Shown piece by piece: positions 1 through 10,061 of a DNA stretch of 43,890 nucleotides (positions are counted from its first letter, which is position 1; the number at the start of each line of letters is the position of its first letter). The stretch covers positions 1 to 43,890 of the IMG/VR virus record IMGVR_UViG_3300032219_000210; one strand, given 5' to 3'. The notes under the pieces are model-generated. The model was given only the letters and a program-made list of their open reading frames with translations, did not search any database and was not told where the DNA came from. The position numbers were made by a program, and so were the translations under genes. Origin of the DNA: a virus. Lineage: Duplodnaviria > Caudoviricetes.

Positions 1-1074
1 CAGAACACCATCTTTGTTGCTGATGTAAGCCGGTTTGTGTTTGCGTTTGGCTGTAATGACTACAGCAGTACGGCGCAAGATCCTATGTTGATTCGTTGGT
101 CTGACCAAGAATCAGTGACAAACTGGACACCTTCGGCAACAAACCAAGCCGGTAGTATTCGCCTATCTCATGGATCAGAAATTATTACTGTAGTACAGAC
201 CCGTCAAGAGATTGTGGTTTGGACTGATTCATCTTTGTATTCTCTCCAATATCAAGGCCCGCCAGCAGTTTGGTCAAGTCAGTTATTGGGAGATAACATC
301 TCTATCATTGGCCCTAATGCGGCTGTTGTTGCATCTGGTGTGATTTACTGGATGGGCGTAGAGAAGTTCTACAAATACGATGGTCGCACACAGACTATGC
401 GTTGCGATCTGCTCCGTCACATCTTTCAAGACATTAACTTAGCGCAGGCATCCCAAGTGTTTGCAGGAACCAACGAGGGCTTTAACGAGGTCTGGTGGTT
501 CTATTGCTCTGCTAATAGCACTGCGGTTGACTTGTATGTCATCTATAACTACTCAGAGGATGTCTGGTCTTACGGGACACTGGGCCGCACGGCATGGCTT
601 GATTCAGGACTGCGTGACCATCCAATAGCCGCTACATACTCATATAACCTTGTTAACCATGAACAGGGTAATGACGATAACGTAAGTGGTACACCAGCGG
701 CTATTTCTGCCATCATTGGTTCTGCTGAGTTTGACATTGATGACGGCGATCACTTTGGCTTTGTCTGGAGAATGCTCCCAGACATTACATTCCGTGGATC
801 TGACGCAGCTTCACCTCAAGTCACAATGTCGCTAATCCCCATGCAAAACTCAGGTTCAGGATATAACAATCCAACTTCTGTAGGGGGAAACCCAAGTGCC
901 ACAGTGACGCGCACCTCTACTTCAGTGATTGAGCAATTTACAGGTCAGGTGTATGTCAGGGTGCGAGGCCGTCAGATGATTATTCAAGTTGAATCTAATC
1001 AACTAGGATGCGCTTGGCAGTTAGGAAGCCCCCGTATTGACATCAAACAAGACGGCAGAAGGGGTAACACATGA
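1..1074 (+). CDS. Tail/head-closure (DNA stabilization, P22 gp10 / tail tubular B-like) protein, 5'-truncated
   Basis: Open frame from window start; beta-rich 'IRWSDQE', W/Y-rich repeats typical of podovirus tail nozzle proteins; lies directly before the ejection-protein cluster. Confidence 0.6.
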   Translation, partial: QNTIFVADVSRFVFAFGCNDYSSTAQDPMLIRWSDQESVTNWTPSATNQAGSIRLSHGSEIITVVQTRQEIVVWTDSSLYSLQYQGPPAVWSSQLLGDNISIIGPNAAVVASGVIYWMGVEKFYKYDGRTQTMRCDLLRHIFQDINLAQASQVFAGTNEGFNEVWWFYCSANSTAVDLYVIYNYSEDVWSYGTLGRTAWLDSGLRDHPIAATYSYNLVNHEQGNDDNVSGTPAAISAIIGSAEFDIDDGDHFGFVWRMLPDITFRGSDAASPQVTMSLIPMQNSGSGYNNPTSVGGNPSATVTRTSTSVIEQFTGQVYVRVRGRQMIIQVESNQLGCAWQLGSPRIDIKQDGRRGNT

Positions 1075-1412
1075 TTGTTATTTCTGAGTTTGACATTAAT
1101 CAGGTTGCCGCGCCTAACCTACCGCTGTCTCCACTTGAGTATGACCGGCAGTATGCCGACCAGCTAAACAACGTGCTTCGCCTGTACTTCAACAGGGTTG
1201 ATGCTATTTTGAACCAGCTAAAGACGGATGAGATTATCCCAGCTTTGACTAACTACACAGTAGCAACGTTGCCAAGCGCGGTTACTTCTGGCAAGGGTGC
1301 AAGGTCTTTTGTAACAGATGCTTTGGCTCCTGTATTTGGATCGACTGTTGCGGCTGGCGGTGCAGTGGCTACGCCCGTATACTCTGACGGAACGAATTGG
1401 AAGGTCGGATAA
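1071..1412 (+). CDS. Small virion-associated hypothetical protein
   Basis: 113-aa ORF, ATGA overlap with upstream stop; C-terminal 'PVYSDGTNW' motif common in phage tail proteins. Confidence 0.6.
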   Translation: MIVISEFDINQVAAPNLPLSPLEYDRQYADQLNNVLRLYFNRVDAILNQLKTDEIIPALTNYTVATLPSAVTSGKGARSFVTDALAPVFGSTVAAGGAVATPVYSDGTNWKVG

Positions 1413-1413
1413 T

Positions 1414-4400
1414 ATGTCTTGGACACCAGAATACCCCGAATGGCCCGCGCCCAGACCTGAAACTGATTACTTTGCTCAGCAGTTTGGAGATGACTTTGGT
1501 GGGGATGCCATATCTCAGAATCAAGCGCTCATTAATTTTATTAATGAACAACCCAATCCGTTTAATCCAAACTCCGATATTATTGAAGAGCCGCTTCCAT
1601 TTGAGTCAACTCAAAATTTGATACAAGATGAGTCGCCTCCACCAGAGCCTCCTACACCACCTCCTACACCGCCTCCTGCACCGCCACCTGCGCCCGCTGC
1701 GCCAACGGGGATAGCTGCGCTTGCGCCAGCAACTACAGTCAAACCTTCAGACCAAGAGATTGTTAAGTTCCTTACCGATAACCCTAGCTTAGGAGATGTT
1801 GAGATTGCTAGGATTATGGATAGCACTGGGTTAAGACCAGAAGATATTGCACGAGCCACAAACAGTAAAGTAGAAGACGTAACCGCTAGGTACGAGGCAG
1901 TAACTCCAACTGCGCCCGCTGCACCCGCCGCTCCTACAACTACGCCTGCTAGTGCTGTTACTCCACCAGCAGACACTACTGCCGCAGCCGACAAAATAAA
2001 ACAACAAATCCTTGGTCAAGGCATAACCAGCAAATGGTCTGGTGAAGGGTTTGGCTCGGCTGAAGCCAATGCTGCGGATATGGCTAAGATCATGGCCGGA
2101 ATCGGTATCACAGACATTAAACAGTTTGGTAAGGTTCCTATTCTTGAACAAGCCGTAGTGAAACAAGGTTACAACGGTCAAGCCGCTCAACAAGATGAAG
2201 ATGGTAACTACTTCATTGTTCAACCTTCTGGTGAGTATGACAGTGAAGGCAATCAGATTTCTACAAGAGTTAATGTAGATCCATCTAAATTAGAAAAAGT
2301 ATACGGGACTTACCAAAATTTAAGCGGTAACCCTGAAGAAGTTTCAAGTTTTGTTGCTGTTGACCCATCTAAAGTAATTACAAAAGATGGCGTGCCAATG
2401 GTTCAAACCGGCACTACTTTTGGCAATAAAGAAACTGGTCAAGCCGTTCCTATTACATACAGCGAGCGTCAAAAAGGTGACTTCTTTGGTGGAACCTTTG
2501 CGGGTAAAGGTAACACTGGCTATGGTGTAAAGTTTGATTCTCAAGGTAACCCCATCTTTTACACACAAGGCGCGTCCTCAAATGACCTAGCCAACATCAT
2601 GAAGGATCTGGGCCCTATTGGGCAGATCGGCTTGGCTATTGCAACTGGTGGTTTATCTATCCCACAGCAGATTGCCGCGAACATGGCAATTCAAGTGCTC
2701 AGTGGTAAGGATATTGGTGATGCCATAAAAAGTGCCGCGATTAGCTTTGCAGGTTCTCAAATTCCCGGCATGGATTTTATGTCGGATGGCGCTTCGTTTA
2801 TTAAAGATCTTGGTCTTTCAGAAGCAGTTACAAACACCTTGACTAAGTCGTTCCAAAATGCTGCGGTTTCCGCTGGTACTGCACTGCTCTCAGGTCAAGA
2901 TGTTGGGCAAGCCATGCTTAGAGGCGCAGCCACTGGTGGTGTTAATGGCGCGGTCAATTCACTTCTCGGTAATATTGAAGGGTTTGGTAATCTTACCGGT
3001 GCTCAAAAAGCTATGGTTACCAATGCTGTAACAGGCGTAATTTCAGGTAAACCTTTAGATCAGATTGTTATTAACACTGCGATAAACGCGGCCAATTCAG
3101 CAATTGCCGAAGCAAAAAACGCAAGCACAGAAGACACATTAACCAAGGCTGGTTTAACCAATACAGACACTACTTCTAGCACTAAAGATGCGTTAACAAG
3201 CCCAGATACAACCGCAACTACTTCTAAATTAGCTACCAAAGATATTACTTCGTCTATTACCGGCACAGACAAAATAGACACGATTGACACTGACATCACA
3301 AAGATCCTCCAAAATGCGGGCTTGACACAAGATACAGAGTTTGGTGACTTGCAAGGCGCTATAGATAGAAATGCAGCCGCTGGCCCTGGTACTACTTCTT
3401 TTAAAGACGCTTATGCTGCGGCTCGCTTAGCTTACGGCCCCGATAGAACTTTTGAATGGAATGGCAAAAAGTATACGACTGAATCGGCCACCGAAGCAGA
3501 GAAAAAAGCCGACGCTAAGATTGCTTCGCTTAACCAGTCTAATTTGTCTACGATTACTGATGCAGCTAAAACAGTTGCTGCGCAGAATGACACTGCCGCC
3601 CGTAATGCGGCACTTGCTGAAACTGCTGCACGAATTGCCGCACTCAAAACTTCTAACACCGATGCTGGTGGTAGCTACGTAAACGACGTTCAATACGATG
3701 CAAACGGCAATGTGACCGGCGGCAGTATGAACCTGTCTGAGCGCGGTAAGATTGCCGAGTATGCTGGTGCGCTGGCGTTGGACTCTACGTCTCAGATTGC
3801 TTCATTTGTTACGGGTACGCTTAAAGCTGTTAACGTTCTTGAACGCGGCGGTACGGTAGATAATGCGGTTAATAGTTACGCGGATTTTGCTAAAGCTAAA
3901 ACACCCGCAGAGATGCAAGCCGCTAGCGCGGACTTCTCTAAAAATATGGCTGCGGCTAAAGACGGTTGGGATGCTCTGGCTGTTGTGGGTAAAACTATTG
4001 TTAGTAACCCCGGGTTTGTAGCTTACAACGTAGCGTCTGAAATTCTCCAAGAAGGAGCGCAGCTTGTTGCGTCTGGAGGCGTGCTTACTGCGGCTAAGCT
4101 AGTTGGCGCTGCCCCTAAAATTGCTCGGGCTCTTGGTATTGCTACCGAAGTTGTCTTAGACATGATGGAGTCGGGTGGCGGTGCTGCTGAAGACGCTTAC
4201 AAACGCGCTAAAGCTGCCAATATGTCCGATGCCGAAGCGCAGGCTGCATCACAAAAAGCGCTGGCTATTGGCGCGGTAACTACAGGTACGCTGAACTTAG
4301 TCCCCGGTGGTAATGCGCTGACTAAACAAATATTCGGTGATTCCGCAGGTAAGCTTGGTGCAAAAGAAATAGCTACGACCGCTGCTAAAGTTGGTTTTAA

Positions 4401-6684
4401 AGAAGCTGGCGTAGAAGCTGTAGAAGCTGGTGTTATTGAAGGCGGCACACAAAAGATTATTGATCCAGATAAAGATTTAAACTGGACTCAGATTGCTGGT
4501 ACAAGTGCATGGGAAGCTGTTATTGGCGGCAAGACTACAGCTACTATTAGTGCTGTTGACTCTACTATTTCATCGCTTCAAGACTCCGGCCTATCTGAGA
4601 CAGAAATTAAATCTGTTGCGGATACTGCAGCCGACACCATTAAGTCAAGCACCTCCCCAAGCGATGCGTCAGATGCGCTCATTACACAACTGCAAAACGC
4701 TGGGCTTACAGAAACGCAGTCTATAACTGCATCTAATGAGATTATTGGCGACCAAATTTTAGGTAGTAAACAAACACTTGACAACTTAGGCGTCACAAAA
4801 CTTGACGGTGACCAAGTTGTAGCTACAGATTCTGATGGCAACAAAGTTACTCTTTCCGAGTTGCTTGGTGAATCGGCAACGGGTAAATCTTCTGGCGAAG
4901 TAAAAGTTAATCCGTCTACGGTCATTGGCACAAATGAAGAAGGTAAGAGCGTAACGATTGCAGAACTGACTGCTATTACAACAAGTAAAGCAAACATAGA
5001 AGCTCAAGCTAATATAACCGCCCAAACTAAAGCCGCTGCTGATGCGCAAGCTAAAGCAGATGCACAAACTAAAGCTGCCGCCGACGCACAGGCCAAAGCG
5101 GAAGCTCAAATTAAAGCGGCAGAGGCCGCACAAGCTAAAGCCGTCGCTGATGCTGCCGAGGCAAAAACCCAAGCAGAAGCCAAAGCCGCAGCAACCGCTA
5201 AAGCCGCCGCAGATGCACAAGCTAAAGCTGCAGCAGAAGCTAAAGCCGCAGCGGACGCCAACGCTAAAGCAACCGCAGAAGCGCAAGCTAAGGCAGAAGC
5301 CCAAACTAAGGCTGCAGCAGAAGCTCAAGCCAAAGCGGACGCCAATGCTAAAGCCGCAGCAGACGCCAAAGCCGCCTCAGAAGCACAAGCCAAAGCAAGT
5401 GCTGATGCCCAAGCTAAAGCAGAAGCCCAAACTAAAGCCGCAGCAGACGCCAAAGCCGCCTCAGAAGCGCAGGCCAAAGCAAGTGCTGATGCCCAAGCCA
5501 AAGCGGAAGCCCAAACTAAAGCCGCCGCTGACGCTAAAGCCGCCTCAGAAGCGCAAGCCAAAGCAAGTGCTGATGCCCAAGCCAAAGCAGAAGCGCAAGC
5601 CAAAGCAAGTGCGGATGCCCAAGCCAAAGCGGATGCCAACGCTAAAGCCGCAGCAGACGCTAAAGCTGCCTCAGAAGCGCAAACCAAGGCAAGTGCCGAA
5701 GCACAAGCTAAAGCAGAAGCTCAAATCAAAGCCGCTGCCGACGCACAGGCCAAAGCAGATGCAAATGCCAAAGCTGCTGCGGACGCTCAAGCTAAAGCGG
5801 AAGCCCAAACTAAAGCCGCCGCTGACGCTAAAGCTAAAGCAGAAGCCGACGCTGCTGCTGCAAAAACTCAAGCAGAAGCCAAAGCCGCAGCAGCTGCTAA
5901 GGCCGCAGCAGAAGCTCAAGCCAAAGCCGCAGCAGAAGCTAAAGCCATAGCTGATGCAAATGCTAAAGTAACCGCAGAAGCTCAAGCCAAGGCAGAAGCT
6001 CAGACTAAAGCCGCCGCAGAAGCCCAAGCCAAGGCAGAAGCTCAGACTAAAGCCGCCGCAGACGCCAAAGCTAAAGCAGAGGCCGATGCCAAAGCTGCCG
6101 CAGATGCCCAAGCTAAAGCAAACGCGGATGCCAAAGTCGCTGCCGATGCTCAAGCCAAAGCAGATGCAGATGCTAAAACTGCTTTAGCAGCTCAAGTTAA
6201 AGCAGATGAGGAGGCTAGGAAAGCTGCAAGTGCGCAAGCTAAAGCAGATGATGATGCTAAGACTGCCGCAGCCGCTCAAGCTAAAGCGGACGACGATGCC
6301 AAAAAAGCTGCGGATGCGCAAGCTAAAGCAAATGCACAAAGTAAAACCGCAGCAAGGGCCAAAGCAGAATTAGATGCCCAAGCCAGAGCCGCTGCTTTAG
6401 CTTTTTCTCCGTCGCAGCCAGCAGACACGTTCTACTATGGCAAAGACTTTGGCTCTAAAAAACAAAAGGTTAGCAAAAAAGGTAAGCTAAAGCAGGACGA
6501 GTACAAAGCGTTGAGCGTCACCAAAGCCGGCGCTGAGGGCGAAAAAATTGAAGAAGAAGCACTTGCCCAGAAGGACAAAACCGACGAAAATGATGTCGAA
6601 GAATTGCTTAAAAATATTGAAGGATCAAGCGATAATGCTATGACTCCCGAAGAACTTGAAGAAATCATAAGGCAAGGAGCCTAA
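1414..6684 (+). CDS. Very large putative internal virion/ejection protein with Pro-rich N-terminus, Gly/Ala hydrophobic segments and a long Ala/Lys/Glu/Gln repeat
   Basis: ORF track 1318..6684; ATG at 1414 follows the upstream TAA (1410-1412) and is the more plausible start; function inferred from position. Confidence 0.65.
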   Translation: MSWTPEYPEWPAPRPETDYFAQQFGDDFGGDAISQNQALINFINEQPNPFNPNSDIIEEPLPFESTQNLIQDESPPPEPPTPPPTPPPAPPPAPAAPTGIAALAPATTVKPSDQEIVKFLTDNPSLGDVEIARIMDSTGLRPEDIARATNSKVEDVTARYEAVTPTAPAAPAAPTTTPASAVTPPADTTAAADKIKQQILGQGITSKWSGEGFGSAEANAADMAKIMAGIGITDIKQFGKVPILEQAVVKQGYNGQAAQQDEDGNYFIVQPSGEYDSEGNQISTRVNVDPSKLEKVYGTYQNLSGNPEEVSSFVAVDPSKVITKDGVPMVQTGTTFGNKETGQAVPITYSERQKGDFFGGTFAGKGNTGYGVKFDSQGNPIFYTQGASSNDLANIMKDLGPIGQIGLAIATGGLSIPQQIAANMAIQVLSGKDIGDAIKSAAISFAGSQIPGMDFMSDGASFIKDLGLSEAVTNTLTKSFQNAAVSAGTALLSGQDVGQAMLRGAATGGVNGAVNSLLGNIEGFGNLTGAQKAMVTNAVTGVISGKPLDQIVINTAINAANSAIAEAKNASTEDTLTKAGLTNTDTTSSTKDALTSPDTTATTSKLATKDITSSITGTDKIDTIDTDITKILQNAGLTQDTEFGDLQGAIDRNAAAGPGTTSFKDAYAAARLAYGPDRTFEWNGKKYTTESATEAEKKADAKIASLNQSNLSTITDAAKTVAAQNDTAARNAALAETAARIAALKTSNTDAGGSYVNDVQYDANGNVTGGSMNLSERGKIAEYAGALALDSTSQIASFVTGTLKAVNVLERGGTVDNAVNSYADFAKAKTPAEMQAASADFSKNMAAAKDGWDALAVVGKTIVSNPGFVAYNVASEILQEGAQLVASGGVLTAAKLVGAAPKIARALGIATEVVLDMMESGGGAAEDAYKRAKAANMSDAEAQAASQKALAIGAVTTGTLNLVPGGNALTKQIFGDSAGKLGAKEIATTAAKVGFKEAGVEAVEAGVIEGGTQKIIDPDKDLNWTQIAGTSAWEAVIGGKTTATISAVDSTISSLQDSGLSETEIKSVADTAADTIKSSTSPSDASDALITQLQNAGLTETQSITASNEIIGDQILGSKQTLDNLGVTKLDGDQVVATDSDGNKVTLSELLGESATGKSSGEVKVNPSTVIGTNEEGKSVTIAELTAITTSKANIEAQANITAQTKAAADAQAKADAQTKAAADAQAKAEAQIKAAEAAQAKAVADAAEAKTQAEAKAAATAKAAADAQAKAAAEAKAAADANAKATAEAQAKAEAQTKAAAEAQAKADANAKAAADAKAASEAQAKASADAQAKAEAQTKAAADAKAASEAQAKASADAQAKAEAQTKAAADAKAASEAQAKASADAQAKAEAQAKASADAQAKADANAKAAADAKAASEAQTKASAEAQAKAEAQIKAAADAQAKADANAKAAADAQAKAEAQTKAAADAKAKAEADAAAAKTQAEAKAAAAAKAAAEAQAKAAAEAKAIADANAKVTAEAQAKAEAQTKAAAEAQAKAEAQTKAAADAKAKAEADAKAAADAQAKANADAKVAADAQAKADADAKTALAAQVKADEEARKAASAQAKADDDAKTAAAAQAKADDDAKKAADAQAKANAQSKTAARAKAELDAQARAAALAFSPSQPADTFYYGKDFGSKKQKVSKKGKLKQDEYKALSVTKAGAEGEKIEEEALAQKDKTDENDVEELLKNIEGSSDNAMTPEELEEIIRQGA
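4990..6400 (+). repeat. Degenerate coding tandem repeat, approx. (A/S)(D/E)AQAKA units
   Basis: Recurrent gcccaagccaaagc / gctaaagccgc words; roughly 460 aa of AEAQAKA/ADAKAA repeats. Confidence 0.9.
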
Positions 6685-6685
6685 T

Positions 6686-7504
6686 ATGGATGAAATTGAC
6701 TGGAGTGTGGATAATAGCGGGTATGACACCGCTGGGTCAGAGCTTGATAGCTATCTTCAAGGTGGCGGGTATTACGCAAATGATGTTGTTGCTGACGATG
6801 GCACGACCGCTGGTATTAGCAATCAAATAGCAAACTTAGGTAGTAGTGGTTTATTTAGTGGCGCAGATTTAGCCAAGTTGTTTGCTGGCTCCCCTTTACT
6901 TAAAACTTTGGGTGCTGCTGGCCTAGGCAAATTAGCTGACAAGATTTTTGATGTACAAAAAGGCCCCGGTGGTTACAAAGGCGGTATCCCAGAGTTGGTT
7001 TCTTCCCGCCAGATGATGCCTATTCCAACGACTATGCAAAATGCAGCCGGTCAAACAGTAGCTCGCCGACCCGGTTCTGGTGGCGTTGCTTACTTTAGCC
7101 CTAATCAATACCTATCACCTGCGCAAGCTGCTGCGGCAAGGACTGCTCAACCCGCAGTGCAACCGCCTATGCAGCCAACTGAAGCCAATCCAACTATAGT
7201 TCCTGAATACGCTCGTGGTGGCATTGCCAATTTAGGTGGTTACTCAGATGGCGGTCGTTTACTCCGTGGCCCCGGTGATGGCGTATCTGATAGTATCCCA
7301 GCTACGATTGGCAAAAGACAACCTGCTCGGTTAGCCGACGGTGAATTTGTAATTCCAGCACGTATTGTTTCTGAACTGGGCAATGGCTCAACAGAAGCTG
7401 GTGCGCGTAAACTATACGCAATGATGGACAGAATTAAGAAGGCTCGCAGCAAAGCCAAGAACATCGCTGCTGATACTAAATCAGACAAGCATTTACCCGC
7501 TTAA
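6686..7504 (+). CDS. Putative internal virion/DNA transfer protein
   Basis: RBS AAGGAG upstream; C-terminal 'GPGDGVSDSIPA...LADGEFVIPA' domain seen in phage virion proteins. Confidence 0.6.
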   Translation: MDEIDWSVDNSGYDTAGSELDSYLQGGGYYANDVVADDGTTAGISNQIANLGSSGLFSGADLAKLFAGSPLLKTLGAAGLGKLADKIFDVQKGPGGYKGGIPELVSSRQMMPIPTTMQNAAGQTVARRPGSGGVAYFSPNQYLSPAQAAAARTAQPAVQPPMQPTEANPTIVPEYARGGIANLGGYSDGGRLLRGPGDGVSDSIPATIGKRQPARLADGEFVIPARIVSELGNGSTEAGARKLYAMMDRIKKARSKAKNIAADTKSDKHLPA

Positions 7505-7513
7505 GGAACGACT

Positions 7514-8455
7514 ATGGCTACTGCACCTTTATCAAATGTCGGAGGCACCGCAGCTTCAGCATTACCCGCTGCTGGTGGTACTTCGGAATCCACACTCTCT
7601 AGCTGGGCTGGGCCGTATGTAACTAATATGCTTGGCAGAGCCCAAGCTGTAGCAAACGAGCCCTACCAAGTCTATGGCGGCCCAATGACTGCGGGTGAAT
7701 CTGGCCTGCAAAATAAGGTGTTTCAAGGTTTGGGTAATCTTTCGTTCCCCGGGCAGTTGGGTCAAAGTTTTAGTTCTACTGGCGCGTATCAACCTCCAGC
7801 TATGGGTGGTAATGCTTATACTCCCGGCGCTATCGGTACAGGCGCGGGTGCGGGGGTAAGTGGCGGTATTGGCTCATTAGGCGGTACTACTGGTACAACA
7901 GGCGCTAGCACTCCGGGCATAGCTGCTCAGTACATGAATCCGTATTTGCAGTCTGTGCTTAACCCACAGTTGGAAGAACTACGCAGGCAATCACAAATTA
8001 ATATGCAGCCCGGCATGGCTAAGATGACTCAAGCTGGTGGTTATGGCGGTGGTCGTCAAGCCATTATGGAATCTGAAGCTAACCGCAATTTGCTGCAAGA
8101 ACAAAATAAAGCAATCGGCCAAGGGTACGCAAGTGCGTACGACAAAGGCATGGGTCAGTTTAATATTGAACAGGGTCAAGGTAAAGATTTGGTCAACATG
8201 CTGGCTAACGCAGGTCAAGCACAGCGCGGTATTGAACAAGAAGGTATCACTGCCGATTACAATGAGTTCTTGGCACAACGCGATGATCCAATGAAGAAAA
8301 CCCAGTACTTGCAGTCTATGTTGCAGGGCTTGCCGTATCAGACAGTAACTAACAGCCCACTAGGTAAATCCGGTATGGGGCAGTTAGCTGAGATTACTGG
8401 TAGTTTGCCTAGCGTTGAGCAAACGCTTAAAGATCTTGGTTTGATCCCAAAATAA
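7514..8455 (+). CDS. Putative DNA transfer (ejection) protein
   Basis: RBS AAGGAA; Gly/Gln/Ala-rich with 'YMNPY' and 'GGYGGGRQA' motifs typical of pilot/ejection proteins. Confidence 0.6.
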   Translation: MATAPLSNVGGTAASALPAAGGTSESTLSSWAGPYVTNMLGRAQAVANEPYQVYGGPMTAGESGLQNKVFQGLGNLSFPGQLGQSFSSTGAYQPPAMGGNAYTPGAIGTGAGAGVSGGIGSLGGTTGTTGASTPGIAAQYMNPYLQSVLNPQLEELRRQSQINMQPGMAKMTQAGGYGGGRQAIMESEANRNLLQEQNKAIGQGYASAYDKGMGQFNIEQGQGKDLVNMLANAGQAQRGIEQEGITADYNEFLAQRDDPMKKTQYLQSMLQGLPYQTVTNSPLGKSGMGQLAEITGSLPSVEQTLKDLGLIPK

Positions 8456-8466
8456 AAGGTAGCAGC

Positions 8467-10050
8467 ATGAACTTAATGGAAGTACAAAGCAGGCTAAATA
8501 AGCTGCCCCCTCTACCAGAGTCAATTCAGTATTTGACGGCGGCTGCACAGGGCGGTAACACCCAAGTGCCTCCGTTTATGGCGCTTGCTCGTATTAGCGA
8601 AATCAATAAAGAAATGCAGTCGGCGCAGAATAAGCCGCAACCACCTGCTGAACCTTTAAACCAAAGCTTGCCTAAACAAGCCCTGCAGAGCATGGGTATT
8701 GGCGCACTACCTCAAGGACAACCCGCGCCTCAAGGTATGCCACAACAGGGCGCTCCCCAAGGTATGCCACAGCAGGGCGCTCCCCAAGGTATGCCACAGC
8801 AAGGTGCTCCTCAACAAGGCGCTCCTCAACCCGTTCGTATGGCAGCAGATGGTGGCCTGATGAGTCTACCTGTAGACGATAGTATGTTTGAGTACGGCTC
8901 AGGTGGCGTTGTTGCTTTTCAAAATGGCGGGCTTAATAAAGCAGAAGAAACCCCTGCTGAAGAAGTTGCAGTTGCTGAAGAAGCCGCAGTTGAAGATGAA
9001 CCCGGCTACGATGCAGAAGCAGAGTTGAAGAAGCTCATGCCTCAAATTCAAGTTTTGATGAAGCAGGGCGTGCGCCCTATTCGTACACGAGCAGAAATAG
9101 AAAGAGGCTTAAACAAAGATTACGGTGTTGAAGAAGGCCCAATTGGTAAAACTTACTTGACCGGTCTCGCCTCTTTACAAGAAGCTAAAAATGCCGAACG
9201 AGCTAGAAAGCAAGCTAACATTGATAAGAGCAAAGAATTTATAACGCCTAGAGCTTTGCTTGACTATAGCGATGCAACCCGTGGTCAAACAGGTATGGGC
9301 GGTATTGGTGCATTAGCCCGCAGTCGCATGAATGCTACTGAAAGATACATGGGCGAGGAAACTGGGTTGCGTGAAGACGCTATTAAACAAGCTGAGTTGA
9401 TGAACGAGGCGCAGTACAAATTCCAAGGTTTGCGTCAAGCGCAAAGAGATGGCGATATTAAGGCAGAACAGAAGAATGATCTGGACTTGTCTAAGATTGC
9501 TAAAGACTTGGGCGTGTCTAAGAACAATCTTATGGCTCGACTGGTTACAGGTAACCTTAACCTTATGGGCAAGTACGAAACTGCTCAAGCTTCACGCGAT
9601 GTTGCCGCTACTAGGGCTGCAAACAAAAACGCTAATAAACCACCTAGAGAAACAGATCAGCAAAGGGGTGTAAGGGCTATTGCTGCGGGCTTAAAAGAAA
9701 AATTCCCAGACATGTCTGAAGCGGAAATTGAAGCTTTGGCAACTAACCTTTACAGGCAATCATCCGCCGCTCCCGCTGTTGCTGCAAGAGAAAGAAAAGA
9801 CATAAACGAAGACTGGCGTAAGCATCAGTTTACCGTCTCTTACCTTGACGCTAAAGATAAAGATGCGTACGAACGTGAGTGGAGAAGAAAGTGGATGGCA
9901 GCTAACCCCGATGCGGCCCCCGCCGCTCCAGCACCTGCGGCTGCTAAACCCAAATCAGTGCTTCCACCGGGCTCTACACCGGGTAAATTTGTACCCGGAA
10001 AAGGTACAGAAATCTATAAAGATGGTAAGCTAATCGGCTACGCAAACTAA
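8467..10050 (+). CDS. Putative internal virion protein
   Basis: 527-aa ORF in structural operon; PQGMPQQGA repeats; MAADGG motif. Confidence 0.6.
   Translation: MNLMEVQSRLNKLPPLPESIQYLTAAAQGGNTQVPPFMALARISEINKEMQSAQNKPQPPAEPLNQSLPKQALQSMGIGALPQGQPAPQGMPQQGAPQGMPQQGAPQGMPQQGAPQQGAPQPVRMAADGGLMSLPVDDSMFEYGSGGVVAFQNGGLNKAEETPAEEVAVAEEAAVEDEPGYDAEAELKKLMPQIQVLMKQGVRPIRTRAEIERGLNKDYGVEEGPIGKTYLTGLASLQEAKNAERARKQANIDKSKEFITPRALLDYSDATRGQTGMGGIGALARSRMNATERYMGEETGLREDAIKQAELMNEAQYKFQGLRQAQRDGDIKAEQKNDLDLSKIAKDLGVSKNNLMARLVTGNLNLMGKYETAQASRDVAATRAANKNANKPPRETDQQRGVRAIAAGLKEKFPDMSEAEIEALATNLYRQSSAAPAVAARERKDINEDWRKHQFTVSYLDAKDKDAYEREWRRKWMAANPDAAPAAPAPAAAKPKSVLPPGSTPGKFVPGKGTEIYKDGKLIGYAN
8728..8830 (+). 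repeat. 27-bp coding tandem repeat (PQGMPQQGA, about 3 copies plus partial)
   Basis: caaggtatgccaca(a/g)ca(a/g)gg(c/t)gctcc repeated. Confidence 0.85.
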
Positions 10051-10061
10051 ACGGGTAGCAC

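Noticed and set aside
1318-1413. ORF-track start at 1318 for the 1788-aa protein
   Set aside because: Overlaps the upstream gene by about 95 bp; ATG 1414 directly follows its stop
4786-6153. Long alternative-frame ORFs (5042-5950 +, 4786-5328 -, 5325-5687 -, 5671-6153 -)
   Set aside because: Shadows of the Ala/Lys repeat; low-complexity translations with no convincing RBS
1414-6684. Annotation as host TolA
   Set aside because: Similarity is compositional only; lacks the TolA N-terminal anchor and C-terminal domain and sits in a phage structural operon
9186-9198. CTAACATTGATAA, a partial match to the early palindrome
   Set aside because: Two mismatches break the symmetry; expected by chance
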